This document shows, one piece after another, positions 18,974 through 27,931 of a stretch of 64,000 nucleotides of DNA. Position numbers and translations under genes: made by a program. Below the pieces are notes generated by a model. That model searched no databases. It was not told the DNA's origin and worked only from the letters and a program-made list of their open reading frames with translations. Location: positions 866 through 64,865 of the forward strand of contig CAUJJW010000212.1 of the NCBI GenBank assembly GCA_963205105.1, written 5' to 3'. The first letter of the stretch is position 1. Each line of letters begins with the position of its first letter. The stretch comes from Verrucomicrobiota bacterium. GTDB lineage: Bacteria > Verrucomicrobiota > Verrucomicrobiia > Limisphaerales > CAIMTB01.

Positions 18974-20935
18974 CTAGGGCTTGGTCGGGTGGGCCGTGCC
19001 GGCGCCGTGTCCGGTCAGGGCGGATCTCAGGGCGTGGGCAAGGGTTTCGATGGAGAAGGGCTTGATGAGCAGACCCTGGAGTTCGAGGTTGGCGAGGCCC
19101 TTGATGCCATCACGTTCGGGCAGCCCGGTCATGCCCAGGACCGGGATATGCGGGGAAGACCGGCGCAGGGCGTCCACGAGCACCGGACCGTTCATGACGG
19201 GCATCATCATGTCGGTGATGACGGTCTGGATGCGGCTGTGGTGCTGGCCGAAGAGGGTGAGAGCTTCAACGCCGTGATGGGCGACCAGAACGTCGTAGCC
19301 GAGATCCTGGAGGGCGCGGCGCATGCTGTTGCGGATCGGCGGCTCGTCATCGACGAGGAGGATGCATTCGCCGTTGCCTCTCGGGATTCTGGGCGCTGGG
19401 ACTTCAAGCGCAGGGCGCGTGGGTGCGGATGCGGGAAAGTACAGGTTGAAGGCCGTTCCCTGGCGGAGTTCGCTGGTCACCTGGATGAAACCGCCGTGGC
19501 CGCGGACGATCCCGAGAACCGAGGCAAGGCCCAGGCCGGTGCCTTTGCCGATTTCCTTGGTGGTGAAGAAGGGATCGAAGATCCGCTCAAGGTGTTCAGC
19601 GGCGATGCCGGTGCCGGTGTCGCTGACACTCAAGCAGACATGAGGACCGGGTTGACCGCCGCTGATCATCGAAGCGAACGACGCATCGACGTCCACATTT
19701 CTCGCGGACACCCGGAGGATGCCGCCGTCCGGCATGGCGTCCCGGGAGTTGATGCACAGGTTCATCAGGGCTTGGTGCAACTGGGTGGAGTCGCCCAGCA
19801 CGGGCCACAAGTCCGGCGCTATCTCCAGGGTCAACCGGATGTCCCGGGGGAAGGTTTCCCGTACAATCTTCTCCATCTCGCGCAGCAGATGACGGAAGGG
19901 CAGGGGCACGCGGGCTTCGGGTGTTCCACGGGCGAAGGTCAGCAACTGACGGGTGATGTCGGCCCCCCGCAGCGCGCAGGTGGCGATCGTGTCCAGCATG
20001 GCGGCGTCCTCGGGGTCCTTGAGGGATTCGCGCAGGAGCGGCGCGGTCATGAGGATGGGGGCGAAGATGTTGTTCAGATCATGGGCAATGCCGCTGGCGA
20101 GCGACCCGATGCCCTCCAGGCGCTGGGAGCGAAGGAATTTGGCTTCCAGCAGCTTTCGGTCGGTGATGTCCATGTCCACCCCCACGATGCGGACCAATCG
20201 GTTGTTCGCATCGCGGACGGCGCTCCCTCGCATCAGGCTCCACCGTTCGCGGCCGTCGCGGAGCCGGAAATGGAGTTCGGCGTGGAAGTAGCCATCGCCG
20301 TTGCGAACGCGGTCCTGGGCGGCGGCGAGCGTTTCCACGGAATCGGGGTGGAGGAGTGCGCGGAAGGCGGCGTCGGTGCCGGGGAATGTCCCGGGCTCGA
20401 ATCCCATCAGGCGTTCGAGATTGGGGGACCAGGTCAGGCTGCCGGTGGGGATGTCGCGCACCCAGGTGCCCATTTGCGCCGCCTCGGTGGCCATGCGCAG
20501 CCGTTCCTCGCTCTCGCGCAATCGGGCCAGCGCCCGTTCCCGTTCGGTGATCACGGCCCAGGTGCGGAGAGCGCGTTCGACCATGTGGTGCATTTCGGCA
20601 AAGGACTCTGCCGATTTGACCACGTAATCCAGGGCGCCGGACTGGATGGCGCCCACCGCGATGTGTTCGTCGCCGTGGCTGGTCATCACCACCTGGGGGA
20701 AGGGGCCGGTTTCCGGTGGGGAGTGCAGCACCGATTCGGCGCGGCCGTCGGGAAGCACGAGATCGAGGATGGCGAGATCCGGGTGCCGTTCGGCGACGGC
20801 GGCATGGTACTCGCTCAGGGACGCGGCCAGCCGGATTTCGTAATGGGGCCGGGTGTCTTCCAGCGAGCGACGAATGGCCTGCTGGTGGGCGGGTTCGTCA
20901 TCAACGACCAGGATTTGAACGGCGGTCGGATTCAT
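18974..20935 (-). CDS. Hybrid sensor histidine kinase: REC - PAS - HisKA - HATPase - REC
   Basis: Start set at ATG 20935 (MNPTAVQILVVDDEP), which forms an ATGA overlap with the upstream stop. Motifs seen: PAS block (EERLRMATEAAQMGTWV), H-box (SGIAHDLNNIFAPI), N/G boxes (NLCINSRDAM, DTGTGI, GTGLGLA), C-terminal REC (ILLVDDEP...ITDMMMP...LIKPF). Confidence 0.9.
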   Translation of the reverse strand: MNPTAVQILVVDDEPAHQQAIRRSLEDTRPHYEIRLAASLSEYHAAVAERHPDLAILDLVLPDGRAESVLHSPPETGPFPQVVMTSHGDEHIAVGAIQSGALDYVVKSAESFAEMHHMVERALRTWAVITERERALARLRESEERLRMATEAAQMGTWVRDIPTGSLTWSPNLERLMGFEPGTFPGTDAAFRALLHPDSVETLAAAQDRVRNGDGYFHAELHFRLRDGRERWSLMRGSAVRDANNRLVRIVGVDMDITDRKLLEAKFLRSQRLEGIGSLASGIAHDLNNIFAPILMTAPLLRESLKDPEDAAMLDTIATCALRGADITRQLLTFARGTPEARVPLPFRHLLREMEKIVRETFPRDIRLTLEIAPDLWPVLGDSTQLHQALMNLCINSRDAMPDGGILRVSARNVDVDASFASMISGGQPGPHVCLSVSDTGTGIAAEHLERIFDPFFTTKEIGKGTGLGLASVLGIVRGHGGFIQVTSELRQGTAFNLYFPASAPTRPALEVPAPRIPRGNGECILLVDDEPPIRNSMRRALQDLGYDVLVAHHGVEALTLFGQHHSRIQTVITDMMMPVMNGPVLVDALRRSSPHIPVLGMTGLPERDGIKGLANLELQGLLIKPFSIETLAHALRSALTGHGAGTAHPTKP

Positions 20936-21396
20936 TCCGGTCGGAGCGAGGTGCCCTTGGGAAACTCGTTCCACGCGAGCCAGTAGAAGCCGAAGGCTTC
21001 CATCAGGGAGGCGAACTTTTCGAAATCCACCGGCTTCACCAGGTAGCTGGAGGCGCCATGGCCGTAGGCGCCGACGAGGTCCTGCTCGGCTTTGGACGTG
21101 GTGAGGATGACGGTGGGGATCTGCTGAAGGTCCGGATCCGCTTTGAGGGAACGCAGCACCTGCTGGCCGTCGACCTTGGGCAGGCGCAGATCCAGCAGGA
21201 TCAGGTCCGGCCGTGGCGACATGGCGGGATCGCTGTAATTCCCCTGTCGCAGCAGGTAGTCGAGGGCGGCCTGTCCGTCTTCCAGGTGGATGAGCCGGTT
21301 GGCGACCCGGAAGTCTTCGAGGTTGCGACGGACGATCTCAGCGTGGGCGGGATCGTCTTCGATCAGGAGGATGAGGACGGGCCTTCCTTGGGGCAT
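20932..21396 (-). CDS. Single-domain response regulator (REC only)
   Basis: Start set at ATG 21396 (MPQGRPVLILLIEDDPAHAEI). Phospho-acceptor context: LILLDLRLPKVDG; also TTSK and YLVKP. It overlaps the upstream kinase gene by 34 nt. Confidence 0.85.
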   Translation of the reverse strand: MPQGRPVLILLIEDDPAHAEIVRRNLEDFRVANRLIHLEDGQAALDYLLRQGNYSDPAMSPRPDLILLDLRLPKVDGQQVLRSLKADPDLQQIPTVILTTSKAEQDLVGAYGHGASSYLVKPVDFEKFASLMEAFGFYWLAWNEFPKGTSLRPE

Positions 21397-23501
21397 GGCG
21401 GTTCGGAGTGGGGGTTGGACGGGCGGCGGGTTTGACTGAGCGTGAATCGGAAGCTGGATCCCTGGTCCTGTCCGGCGGACTCGGCCCAAATACGGCCTCC
21501 GTGCACTTCCACGATGCGTTTCACGATCGCGAGGCCGATGCCCGTGCCCGGGGTGCCGGGGTGCAGTTTTTCAAAGAGGCCGAAGAGCTTGTTGTGATGG
21601 CGGGGGTCGATGCCAATCCCGTTGTCGCGCACGAAAAACACGGTCTCCCCCCGGTTCTCCTCGGTGCCGATTTCGATCCGGGGCAGGGATTGCTGGCCGG
21701 CGAACTTCACGGCGTTGTCGATGAGGTTCTGAAAGACCTCCACCAGACGCCGGCGGTCGCCCGTGATGAGCACTGGATCCGTCGTCACCTGGACCTCCAC
21801 CTGTCGGGTGGCGATCGGTCCCGCGACCAGATCGATGGCTTCCGCTGCCAACGTCTGCAGGCTGACCTCCTCGGGTGGGCTGACCTTCCGCCCGACCCGG
21901 GACAGTTCAAGGATTTCGTCCAGCAACTCGGACATCTTCTCGGCGGCGCGGCGGATGAAGCCGAGATCGGAATCGACCCGGGCCGCATCCGCCAGCTTGA
22001 GGTCCTTGTCCAGGTAACCCAGGAAGGTCCGGATGGTGACCAGCGGGCTCTTCAAGTCATGGGACACGGTGTAGATGAACCGCACGAGTTCCTCGTTGCG
22101 ATGCTGCAACGCCTGTTCGATGCGTTTGCGCTCACTGATGTCCAGGGCGTAGGCCACCCGTGAGGCCGGCTTGCCCGAGGCATCCCGAATCACGGCCACC
22201 TCCATGAGCACCGGGAAACGACTGCCGTCCTTGCGCTGCTGCACCGTGTCGTAGACGAGATGTCCCGTCCGATCGATGACGTCGAGCCGGGATATTGCCT
22301 CCGCCCGGGCCTCCGGTGGATACACTTTCCCCACGGGATGGCCGATCAGTTCGTCGCGCCGGTAACCGCGCTCCGCGGCAAACGCCTCATTCACGTCGAG
22401 GAACCGGTTGCTGTGGATGTCGGTGGAGGCCAGACCGAATTGGGAGGAGGCGAACAGGCGCTGCCAGCGCAGTGCCCCCTCCTCCGTGCGCTTGCGTTCG
22501 GTGATGTCGATGACCACCCCGATGTATCGCACAATCCGCCCCTCCTCGTCCTTCAGCGCGCGTCCGCGGGACATCAGCCAGCGTTTGGACTCGTCAGGCG
22601 AAACCACCCGCCATTCGAGGTTTAATTCCGCTCCCTGCCGGACGGACTCCTCGAGGGCTCGGTCGATGGCGGGGCGATCCTCGGGAACAACTGATTCCCG
22701 CCAGAACTTGTAGGAGGGCTCGCACGAGTGCGGCGGGATGCCGAACAAGCCCCAAAGCTCCTCCGACCAGACGTTCTTGCCCGAATCAAGTTCCCATTCC
22801 CAGGTGCCCGCCTTGGCGGCGTCCATGGCCAGTCTGGCCCTACCTTCCAGGTGAGTCAGGGTGGCCGTGACCGCTGCCTCTGCGCGCTGGCTGAGCCAGA
22901 TCGCGAGTGCGGCCAGCGCCACCGCCATTCCGCCACCCACCACAATGACGGCCTGGGTGAACGTGGCCGCTCCGCGCGCACTGCTCTCGTGCTCTCGCAG
23001 GTGGATCTGCTCCTCCAGTTCGAGGTTGGCGATCACCGCGCGGATCTGGTCTTGAACCTGTTTCCCTTCGCCGGAGGCTGTCAGGCGCTGGGCGGCTTCA
23101 AACCCGTCGCCGGCCCGTGCCGCCACCACTGCCGCCGATTGCGCCAACCGTTGCGTCAGCAGTGTTCCCAGCTGGTTCAGGGATGGTTCGGTTTCGGGAG
23201 CGCCGACCGACAGACGGCGCAGTTCCAGAAGAGCCGCCGTCGCCCGCGCCTCGGCATCCCGATACGGCTCCAGGAACGCGTCGCTTCCGGTGATGGTGTA
23301 TCCCCGGGTGCCGGTTTCGGCGTCGGTCAACGCCAGCAACAGCACGGTGGCTTGCCTCAGAAACTCCTGACTTTGGCGGACGTGCTCCCCCTCGCGCACC
23401 AGGACTCGCGTGCTGTGGAATGAGACCGCGCCGATCAACAGCAGAACCGCGATGGCACCCGCGAACACTCCGACTCGATGGGTCGCGGGCGAGGAACTCA
23501 T
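21363..23501 (-). CDS. Sensor histidine kinase with CHASE3 extracytoplasmic domain, two PAS domains, HisKA and HATPase
   Basis: Start set at ATG 23501 (MSSSPATHRVGVFAGAIAVLLLIGAV, TM1). CHASE3 signature: LALTDAETGTRGYTITGSDAFLEPY. A second TM and two PAS blocks follow. H-box: TVSHDLKSPL; ATPase motifs: DNGIGI...GTGIGLAIV. Confidence 0.9.
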   Translation of the reverse strand: MSSSPATHRVGVFAGAIAVLLLIGAVSFHSTRVLVREGEHVRQSQEFLRQATVLLLALTDAETGTRGYTITGSDAFLEPYRDAEARATAALLELRRLSVGAPETEPSLNQLGTLLTQRLAQSAAVVAARAGDGFEAAQRLTASGEGKQVQDQIRAVIANLELEEQIHLREHESSARGAATFTQAVIVVGGGMAVALAALAIWLSQRAEAAVTATLTHLEGRARLAMDAAKAGTWEWELDSGKNVWSEELWGLFGIPPHSCEPSYKFWRESVVPEDRPAIDRALEESVRQGAELNLEWRVVSPDESKRWLMSRGRALKDEEGRIVRYIGVVIDITERKRTEEGALRWQRLFASSQFGLASTDIHSNRFLDVNEAFAAERGYRRDELIGHPVGKVYPPEARAEAISRLDVIDRTGHLVYDTVQQRKDGSRFPVLMEVAVIRDASGKPASRVAYALDISERKRIEQALQHRNEELVRFIYTVSHDLKSPLVTIRTFLGYLDKDLKLADAARVDSDLGFIRRAAEKMSELLDEILELSRVGRKVSPPEEVSLQTLAAEAIDLVAGPIATRQVEVQVTTDPVLITGDRRRLVEVFQNLIDNAVKFAGQQSLPRIEIGTEENRGETVFFVRDNGIGIDPRHHNKLFGLFEKLHPGTPGTGIGLAIVKRIVEVHGGRIWAESAGQDQGSSFRFTLSQTRRPSNPHSEPPCPKEGPSSSS

Positions 23502-23647
23502 GGCCTCAGGTGAAGGGTGAATCGATGGTTCATGGGCTCCCTGTCCTTCCGGGCAATGATGTGTCCGGGGATGCGTTGGGGAAACTGAACTCCCGGCGAT
23601 CGAACGAAAAGACAAATGGTCCGGGTTGGAACCACACTTGACGTCAG

Positions 23648-23914
23648 TTGGTTCATTTCGCCCGCAGGCAGAAGGTGAAACCCGCCGACTTGGACAGTCT
23701 GAAGCGCGTGCTCCGCGAAGGACCACCCCCCACGGGTCTACAGTCGGCCCTGGGGAATCTTGGACTTCCCCCCGAGATGGTGGCCTCCCTCACGGAGCAC
23801 TATGCGGAAGCAATACGGCAAAACGTGGAGAAGATGGGATGGTTGTCCACGATCGAGCCTCTCTCTCCTTCCGAAGTTGGGCGGATGATCCGTGGGCAAG
23901 GGCCCGGTCCCTGA
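23648..23914 (+). CDS. Possible small hypothetical protein (88 aa, TTG start)
   Basis: This is the only ORF in the 476-bp gap with a protein-like, helical-looking composition (LKRVLREG...MVASLTEHYAEAIRQNVEKMGWLSTIEPLSPSEVGRMIRG). It has a non-ATG start and I recognised no family. Confidence 0.3.
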   Translation: MVHFARRQKVKPADLDSLKRVLREGPPPTGLQSALGNLGLPPEMVASLTEHYAEAIRQNVEKMGWLSTIEPLSPSEVGRMIRGQGPGP

Positions 23915-23977
23915 ATTGCCGAACCAGTCGTCCGTCCCCCGGTTGGGGAGCACGGGCGCGGTATCTCATCCGATGAT

Positions 23978-24325
23978 TCAGCAAGGTCCCTGGCGGTCTC
24001 CAAGGCTGTCGGGTTTGGTCCAAACCAGGGTGGTTGGAAGGACCTCGGGCGGCGAAACCACCACCTGGGACACCTCGCGGATGTACTCGGGATACCAGGC
24101 GCCGCTGAGGAACTCCTTCATCGACGACTCGTCCGGGTAGATTTGAAAGACCCGGACGACATCCGGGTCGGTGTTGTCATGACAGAAGAAGTACGCCTGG
24201 TGGGCCGGGTTGGCTTCGACCCTGGGTTTGACGTGCTTTTCCCAGATGCGTTGAACCTCGTCGCGGCATCCGGGTCTGGCCCGATGACGAATGAAGAGGG
24301 CAGTCCTGCTCATGGCCGGGGTCAT
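23978..24325 (-). CDS. ABM (antibiotic biosynthesis monooxygenase-like) domain protein
   Basis: ALFIRHRARPGCRDEVQRIWEKHVKPRVEANPAHQAYFFCHDNTDPDVVRVFQIYPDESSMKEF resembles the ferredoxin-like ABM fold. The start is either ATG 24325 (ATGA overlap with the upstream stop) or ATG 24313. Confidence 0.6.
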   Translation of the reverse strand: MTPAMSRTALFIRHRARPGCRDEVQRIWEKHVKPRVEANPAHQAYFFCHDNTDPDVVRVFQIYPDESSMKEFLSGAWYPEYIREVSQVVVSPPEVLPTTLVWTKPDSLGDRQGPC

Positions 24326-24744
24326 TCGGCCACAGTAACCATCCAGCCGATGCCGAAGCGATCGGTGAGCATGCCGAAGCACGGCGACCAGAAGGTCTTT
24401 CCGAGCGGCATGGTCACGGCCTTGGCGCCTTCGGACAACGCGGCGAAAGCCTTGGCGGCGTCGGCTTCGCTGGGGAGGGCGAGGGACAGGGAGAAGCCCT
24501 GGAAACCCGCGGCGGGTTCGCATCCGTCGGAGACCATGACCCGGGCGCCTCCGATGCGGAGGGTGGCGTGCATCACCTTGTTTTCAAAGCCGGGAGGCAG
24601 CATGCCGGCGGGGACGGGATCGGGGCTGTCCTTGAAGTGCATCAGCATCTCCAGTTCGGCACCGAGGGCGGTGCGGTAGAAGGCAATGGCTTCTTCGCAA
24701 CGGCCGCTGAAGAAGAGATAGGGTACGATTTGGGTGTTTTTCAT
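24322..24744 (-). CDS. VOC-family (PhnB-like / glyoxalase-fold) protein
   Basis: Start set at ATG 24744: MKNTQIVPYLFFSGRCEEAIAFYRTALGAE...VMHATLRIGGARVMVSD...MPLGKTFWSPCFGMLTDRFGIGWMV. This is the classic PhnB-like pattern. Confidence 0.85.
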   Translation of the reverse strand: MKNTQIVPYLFFSGRCEEAIAFYRTALGAELEMLMHFKDSPDPVPAGMLPPGFENKVMHATLRIGGARVMVSDGCEPAAGFQGFSLSLALPSEADAAKAFAALSEGAKAVTMPLGKTFWSPCFGMLTDRFGIGWMVTVAE

Positions 24745-24769
24745 GGGCGTTTCTTTGGGGTCGTTGAGC

Positions 24770-25195
24770 TCAAGCGTTTGGGGCTGTGGAAGCGGATTCG
24801 AGGCGTTTTCGGGTGACGAGCCCTCCGAACTCACGGCGTCCGGACCAGAGCAGGTACAGGGCCATGGCGGAGAGGATGAGGATGGGAGGCGAGGTCAGGC
24901 CTTCGCCCTTCATCACGAACGCATGGAAGGCGAGGATGTTGACGAGGATGGGGCCGAGCACGAGCAGGCCGAGGTTTCGGGTTTTCGGGATGGCGACGAG
25001 AATGCCGCCGAGAATTTCCAGGGCTTTGACGAAGTTCAGGTATCCGGTGGGGGCGAAGGCCGCCATGAAGTGGCCGGCGGGGGTGTCGGCCGGGGGCGGT
25101 GGGGGCATGGGGACAAGTTGGAAGAGAACCACGGCGCCTGAGGCGATGAACATCAGGCCCAGCAGAACCCCCACGATGGCAGGCAGGTATTTCAT
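24770..25195 (-). CDS. DoxX-like family membrane protein
   Basis: Start set at ATG 25195: MKYLPAIVGVLLGLMFIASGAVVLFQL. The product has four hydrophobic helices (ALEILGGILVAIPKTRNLGLLVLGPILVNILAFH) and is about 141 aa. Confidence 0.7.
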   Translation of the reverse strand: MKYLPAIVGVLLGLMFIASGAVVLFQLVPMPPPPPADTPAGHFMAAFAPTGYLNFVKALEILGGILVAIPKTRNLGLLVLGPILVNILAFHAFVMKGEGLTSPPILILSAMALYLLWSGRREFGGLVTRKRLESASTAPNA

Positions 25196-25481
25196 ACGGA
25201 TTGGATGATCGAGATGACGGACGGCGACCTGGACGGGGCCCAGGTGGGGCCTTGTTTCCAGGAACGACGTGCGGACGGACTCGGAAAGGACATCTTGTTT
25301 GCCGATTCTTTGCATCACCCAAAGTGATTCGAGCCATCGGGGCATTGTGACGAGCCCAGTGGGCCGGGCGGTAACGGAACGCAAGACTCAACGACGAAAC
25401 CGCCCGTGGAGGCCGGGCGGTTGTGCGAGGGGATGGGCTCCGGACGCGGCCGGAGATTCCATCGTGGGGCCCTGATTCCGG

Positions 25482-27845
25482 CTACGGATAGACGGTCCGG
25501 TAATAGCGTTGGCTGAGGTTGCCTGCCGGTGTTTCGGTGTGGGAGAAGCTTCCCAGGGCATCGACGGTGATGGATCCATCCGACACGTCCTGCCAGGTGG
25601 GAGGGGAAATGCTGTCGGTGTACTGGAGACGGTAAGTTCGGCCGGGGATGCCGTTGCCGGTGATGGTGAAGCTGCCGTTGCCCAGGCTGACGACGGTGAG
25701 GTTGGGGGTCAGGGACTCGTCGGTCTTGAGGATCACGTTGACCGTGCCGGTGACTGTGGCGCCGTGACCGTCACTGATGGAGTAGGTGAACGAGTCGGCG
25801 CTGGTGAATCCGGAGGCCGGGGTGAAGAAGACCCAAGCGCCGTCGACCGTCACGCTGCGGTTGTTGTTGACCGAGGAGGTGATGCTGATGGCGAGGGTGT
25901 CCGAATCGGCATCCGAATCATTGGCGAGCAGGTCGGCGAGGCGGACTTTGACCCCCTGGGTGGGATAACGCTCGAGGGTGTCGGTGCCGGCGACGGGTGG
26001 CGTGTTGATGATTTGGTCGGGGCTGAGGTTGGCGCCAGAACTGTTGAAATTCCCGCTGCCCAGGAAGGTGGCGGAGACGGTATGGGAACCGTGGGAGAGG
26101 GCGGAACTGGTGTAGGTGGCGATCCCGCCGCTGAGGGCGACGAGAGGGCCGGCGGGCGAGCCGTCGACGACGAATCGGACATTGCCGGTTGGAGTGCCGG
26201 TGGAGGGAGCGACCGCGGACACGGTCAGAGAAAAGGTGACACTGGCACCTGGCAGCGCCGGATTGGCGGACGATGCCAGGGAGGAGGATGACGAGGCGAT
26301 GGTGACGGTCAGAACGCCGTTGTTGGCGGTGACGGCGTAGTTGGTGAGTTGAGCGCCGGCAGCGGTGGGGACGATGTTGTAAGTCCCCACGGGCGAGGAG
26401 GCGTCGGCCGATGAGGCATAACTCGCGGTGATGGCGTCGCTGTTGACGATTCCCGACAGGCTGCCGGTGAAGGTGGGGTTGGAAGCGCCGAACACGCGGT
26501 TGGTGTTGTTGGCGGTCACGATGAGGGTGGCCTGGCCGATCGTGAGGGTGCCGTTCTCGAGGGTGACGCTGTAGTTGGTCAGGGTGTTGCCTGCGGGCGT
26601 GGGGACGATGGCGTAGGTGCCGATGGGACTGCCTGCGGTGGCGGCGGTGGCGTACGTGGCGGTGATGACTTCGTTGTTCTGGATGCCGGTGATGGCGCCG
26701 GAGAAGGAGGGGTTGGTTTCGCCGTAACTGCGCGATGTGCTGTCCGCGGCGATGGTGAGCGGGGCATTGGTGATGGTGAGCGTGCCTTGGACGAGGGTGA
26801 CGGTGTAATTGGTGAGTCGGGCGCCTCCGGCGGCGGGCACGATGGCGTAGGAACCGATCGGGCTATTGGTGGTGGCGGTGGTGCTGTAGCTCTGGGTCAG
26901 GGAATCACTGTTCTGCGTTCCGCTGAAGGTGCCGGTGAAGGGGGCGTTGGTGGCGCCGTAGCGGCGGCTCGCGTCGTCGGCGGTGAGGGAGAGCGCCGCC
27001 TTCGCGACGTTCAACGTCACATTGGTGGTGATGCTCAGGAAGCTGGAGGTGTCGTCCGGAGTGAACGTCACGGACAATGTCTGGCCATCGCCCGAGTCCA
27101 GAACTGTACCGGTGTCGGGCGAGTAGGAGAACGTGCCGCTGACGTTGGTGCTGGCGTGGCTGGCGGTGGCATTGAGCTGAGAGCTGCCCAGCGCGGTTCC
27201 GTAGGTGATGTGGGTTGGCGACCACGCGATGGTTGGATAGACGCCCCCGGTGATCTCGAGCTCCCAGCCGGTGAGGAGGTTGGTGCCTCCGGATTCGACG
27301 TCGGCCAGGTAGAGGGTCCAGGCGCCATCGGCGTTGAGCCCCTGGAACGACGCCAGCGTGGCGGTTCGGGGGGATTCGTTGGTGACCGTGGACGGGTCCG
27401 CGATGCGCCCGTCCGGTTCCCAGATCCCGGTGAGGGGTGAACCATCGGATGGCGTGATGGTTTCGCGGTAGATGTGGATGTCACCGTTGGCGGCATCGGC
27501 GTCGAACGTCACGTCCAAGCCGCTGTCGGCGTAGCCGACGGAGTTGGTGTGAGACCGTCCGGTGCGGTTGAGCAGGACGGTGAAACCGCTGCCATGGCGA
27601 AGGTAGGCGAACAGGTCGCCGTTGAATTCGCCGGTGACCAGGAGGCGCACCTTCACGGAGGCGATGTTGGCGATGTCGGACGCGATGGTGCGTTCTTCCA
27701 TCAAGCCGGCGGCGTTGCCGTCGGGCACCACCCGATTGGTGGTGAACGTGTGGGTTTCGGTGATCTGCGCCTGCGCGGGATAAAGTCCCGCGGTGAGGAG
27801 CAGAGTGAGCAGGGCCATCCAGCCCTGGAGCATGCGGTGTTTCAT
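25482..27845 (-). CDS. Secreted multidomain surface protein: P-domain-like, 3 MBG-type repeats, Ig-like, cadherin-like, conserved C-terminal tail
   Basis: Start set at ATG 27845 (MKHRMLQGWMALLTLLLTAGLYPAQA). A proprotein-convertase P-domain-like block is present (VKVRLLVTGEFNGDLFAYLRHGSGFTVLLNRTG). Three repeats follow of the form YG..NP.F.G...G..N.D......YS..A...SP.G.Y.IVP...G..LTNY.VT...G.LT. The cadherin-like block reads LLANDSDADSDTL...DSFTYSISDGHG. The tail is PGRTYRLQYTDSISPPTWQD...RYYRTVYP. Confidence 0.75.
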   Translation of the reverse strand: MKHRMLQGWMALLTLLLTAGLYPAQAQITETHTFTTNRVVPDGNAAGLMEERTIASDIANIASVKVRLLVTGEFNGDLFAYLRHGSGFTVLLNRTGRSHTNSVGYADSGLDVTFDADAANGDIHIYRETITPSDGSPLTGIWEPDGRIADPSTVTNESPRTATLASFQGLNADGAWTLYLADVESGGTNLLTGWELEITGGVYPTIAWSPTHITYGTALGSSQLNATASHASTNVSGTFSYSPDTGTVLDSGDGQTLSVTFTPDDTSSFLSITTNVTLNVAKAALSLTADDASRRYGATNAPFTGTFSGTQNSDSLTQSYSTTATTNSPIGSYAIVPAAGGARLTNYTVTLVQGTLTITNAPLTIAADSTSRSYGETNPSFSGAITGIQNNEVITATYATAATAGSPIGTYAIVPTPAGNTLTNYSVTLENGTLTIGQATLIVTANNTNRVFGASNPTFTGSLSGIVNSDAITASYASSADASSPVGTYNIVPTAAGAQLTNYAVTANNGVLTVTIASSSSSLASSANPALPGASVTFSLTVSAVAPSTGTPTGNVRFVVDGSPAGPLVALSGGIATYTSSALSHGSHTVSATFLGSGNFNSSGANLSPDQIINTPPVAGTDTLERYPTQGVKVRLADLLANDSDADSDTLAISITSSVNNNRSVTVDGAWVFFTPASGFTSADSFTYSISDGHGATVTGTVNVILKTDESLTPNLTVVSLGNGSFTITGNGIPGRTYRLQYTDSISPPTWQDVSDGSITVDALGSFSHTETPAGNLSQRYYRTVYP

Positions 27846-27931
27846 AAACTTGGAGCGGGTTGCGCGTCTCCTGGCGGCCGGCGGGCGAGAGCATCCGACA
27901 TGGTGTCGGTCAGCGAGGGAGCGAGGCGTTT

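Noticed and set aside
18935-20986. 683-aa ORF on the plus strand
   Set aside because: It is an exact antisense of the hybrid histidine kinase, which has unambiguous REC/H-box/N-box/G-box motifs on the minus strand. The plus-strand product is low-complexity and G/A/V/D-rich.
23502-24023. Minus-strand ORFs 23738-23953, 23790-24023 and 23800-24003 in the gap after the CHASE3 kinase
   Set aside because: They overlap one another and have P/R/G-rich composition with no motifs. Only the plus-strand 88-aa ORF looked marginally protein-like, and even that is low confidence.
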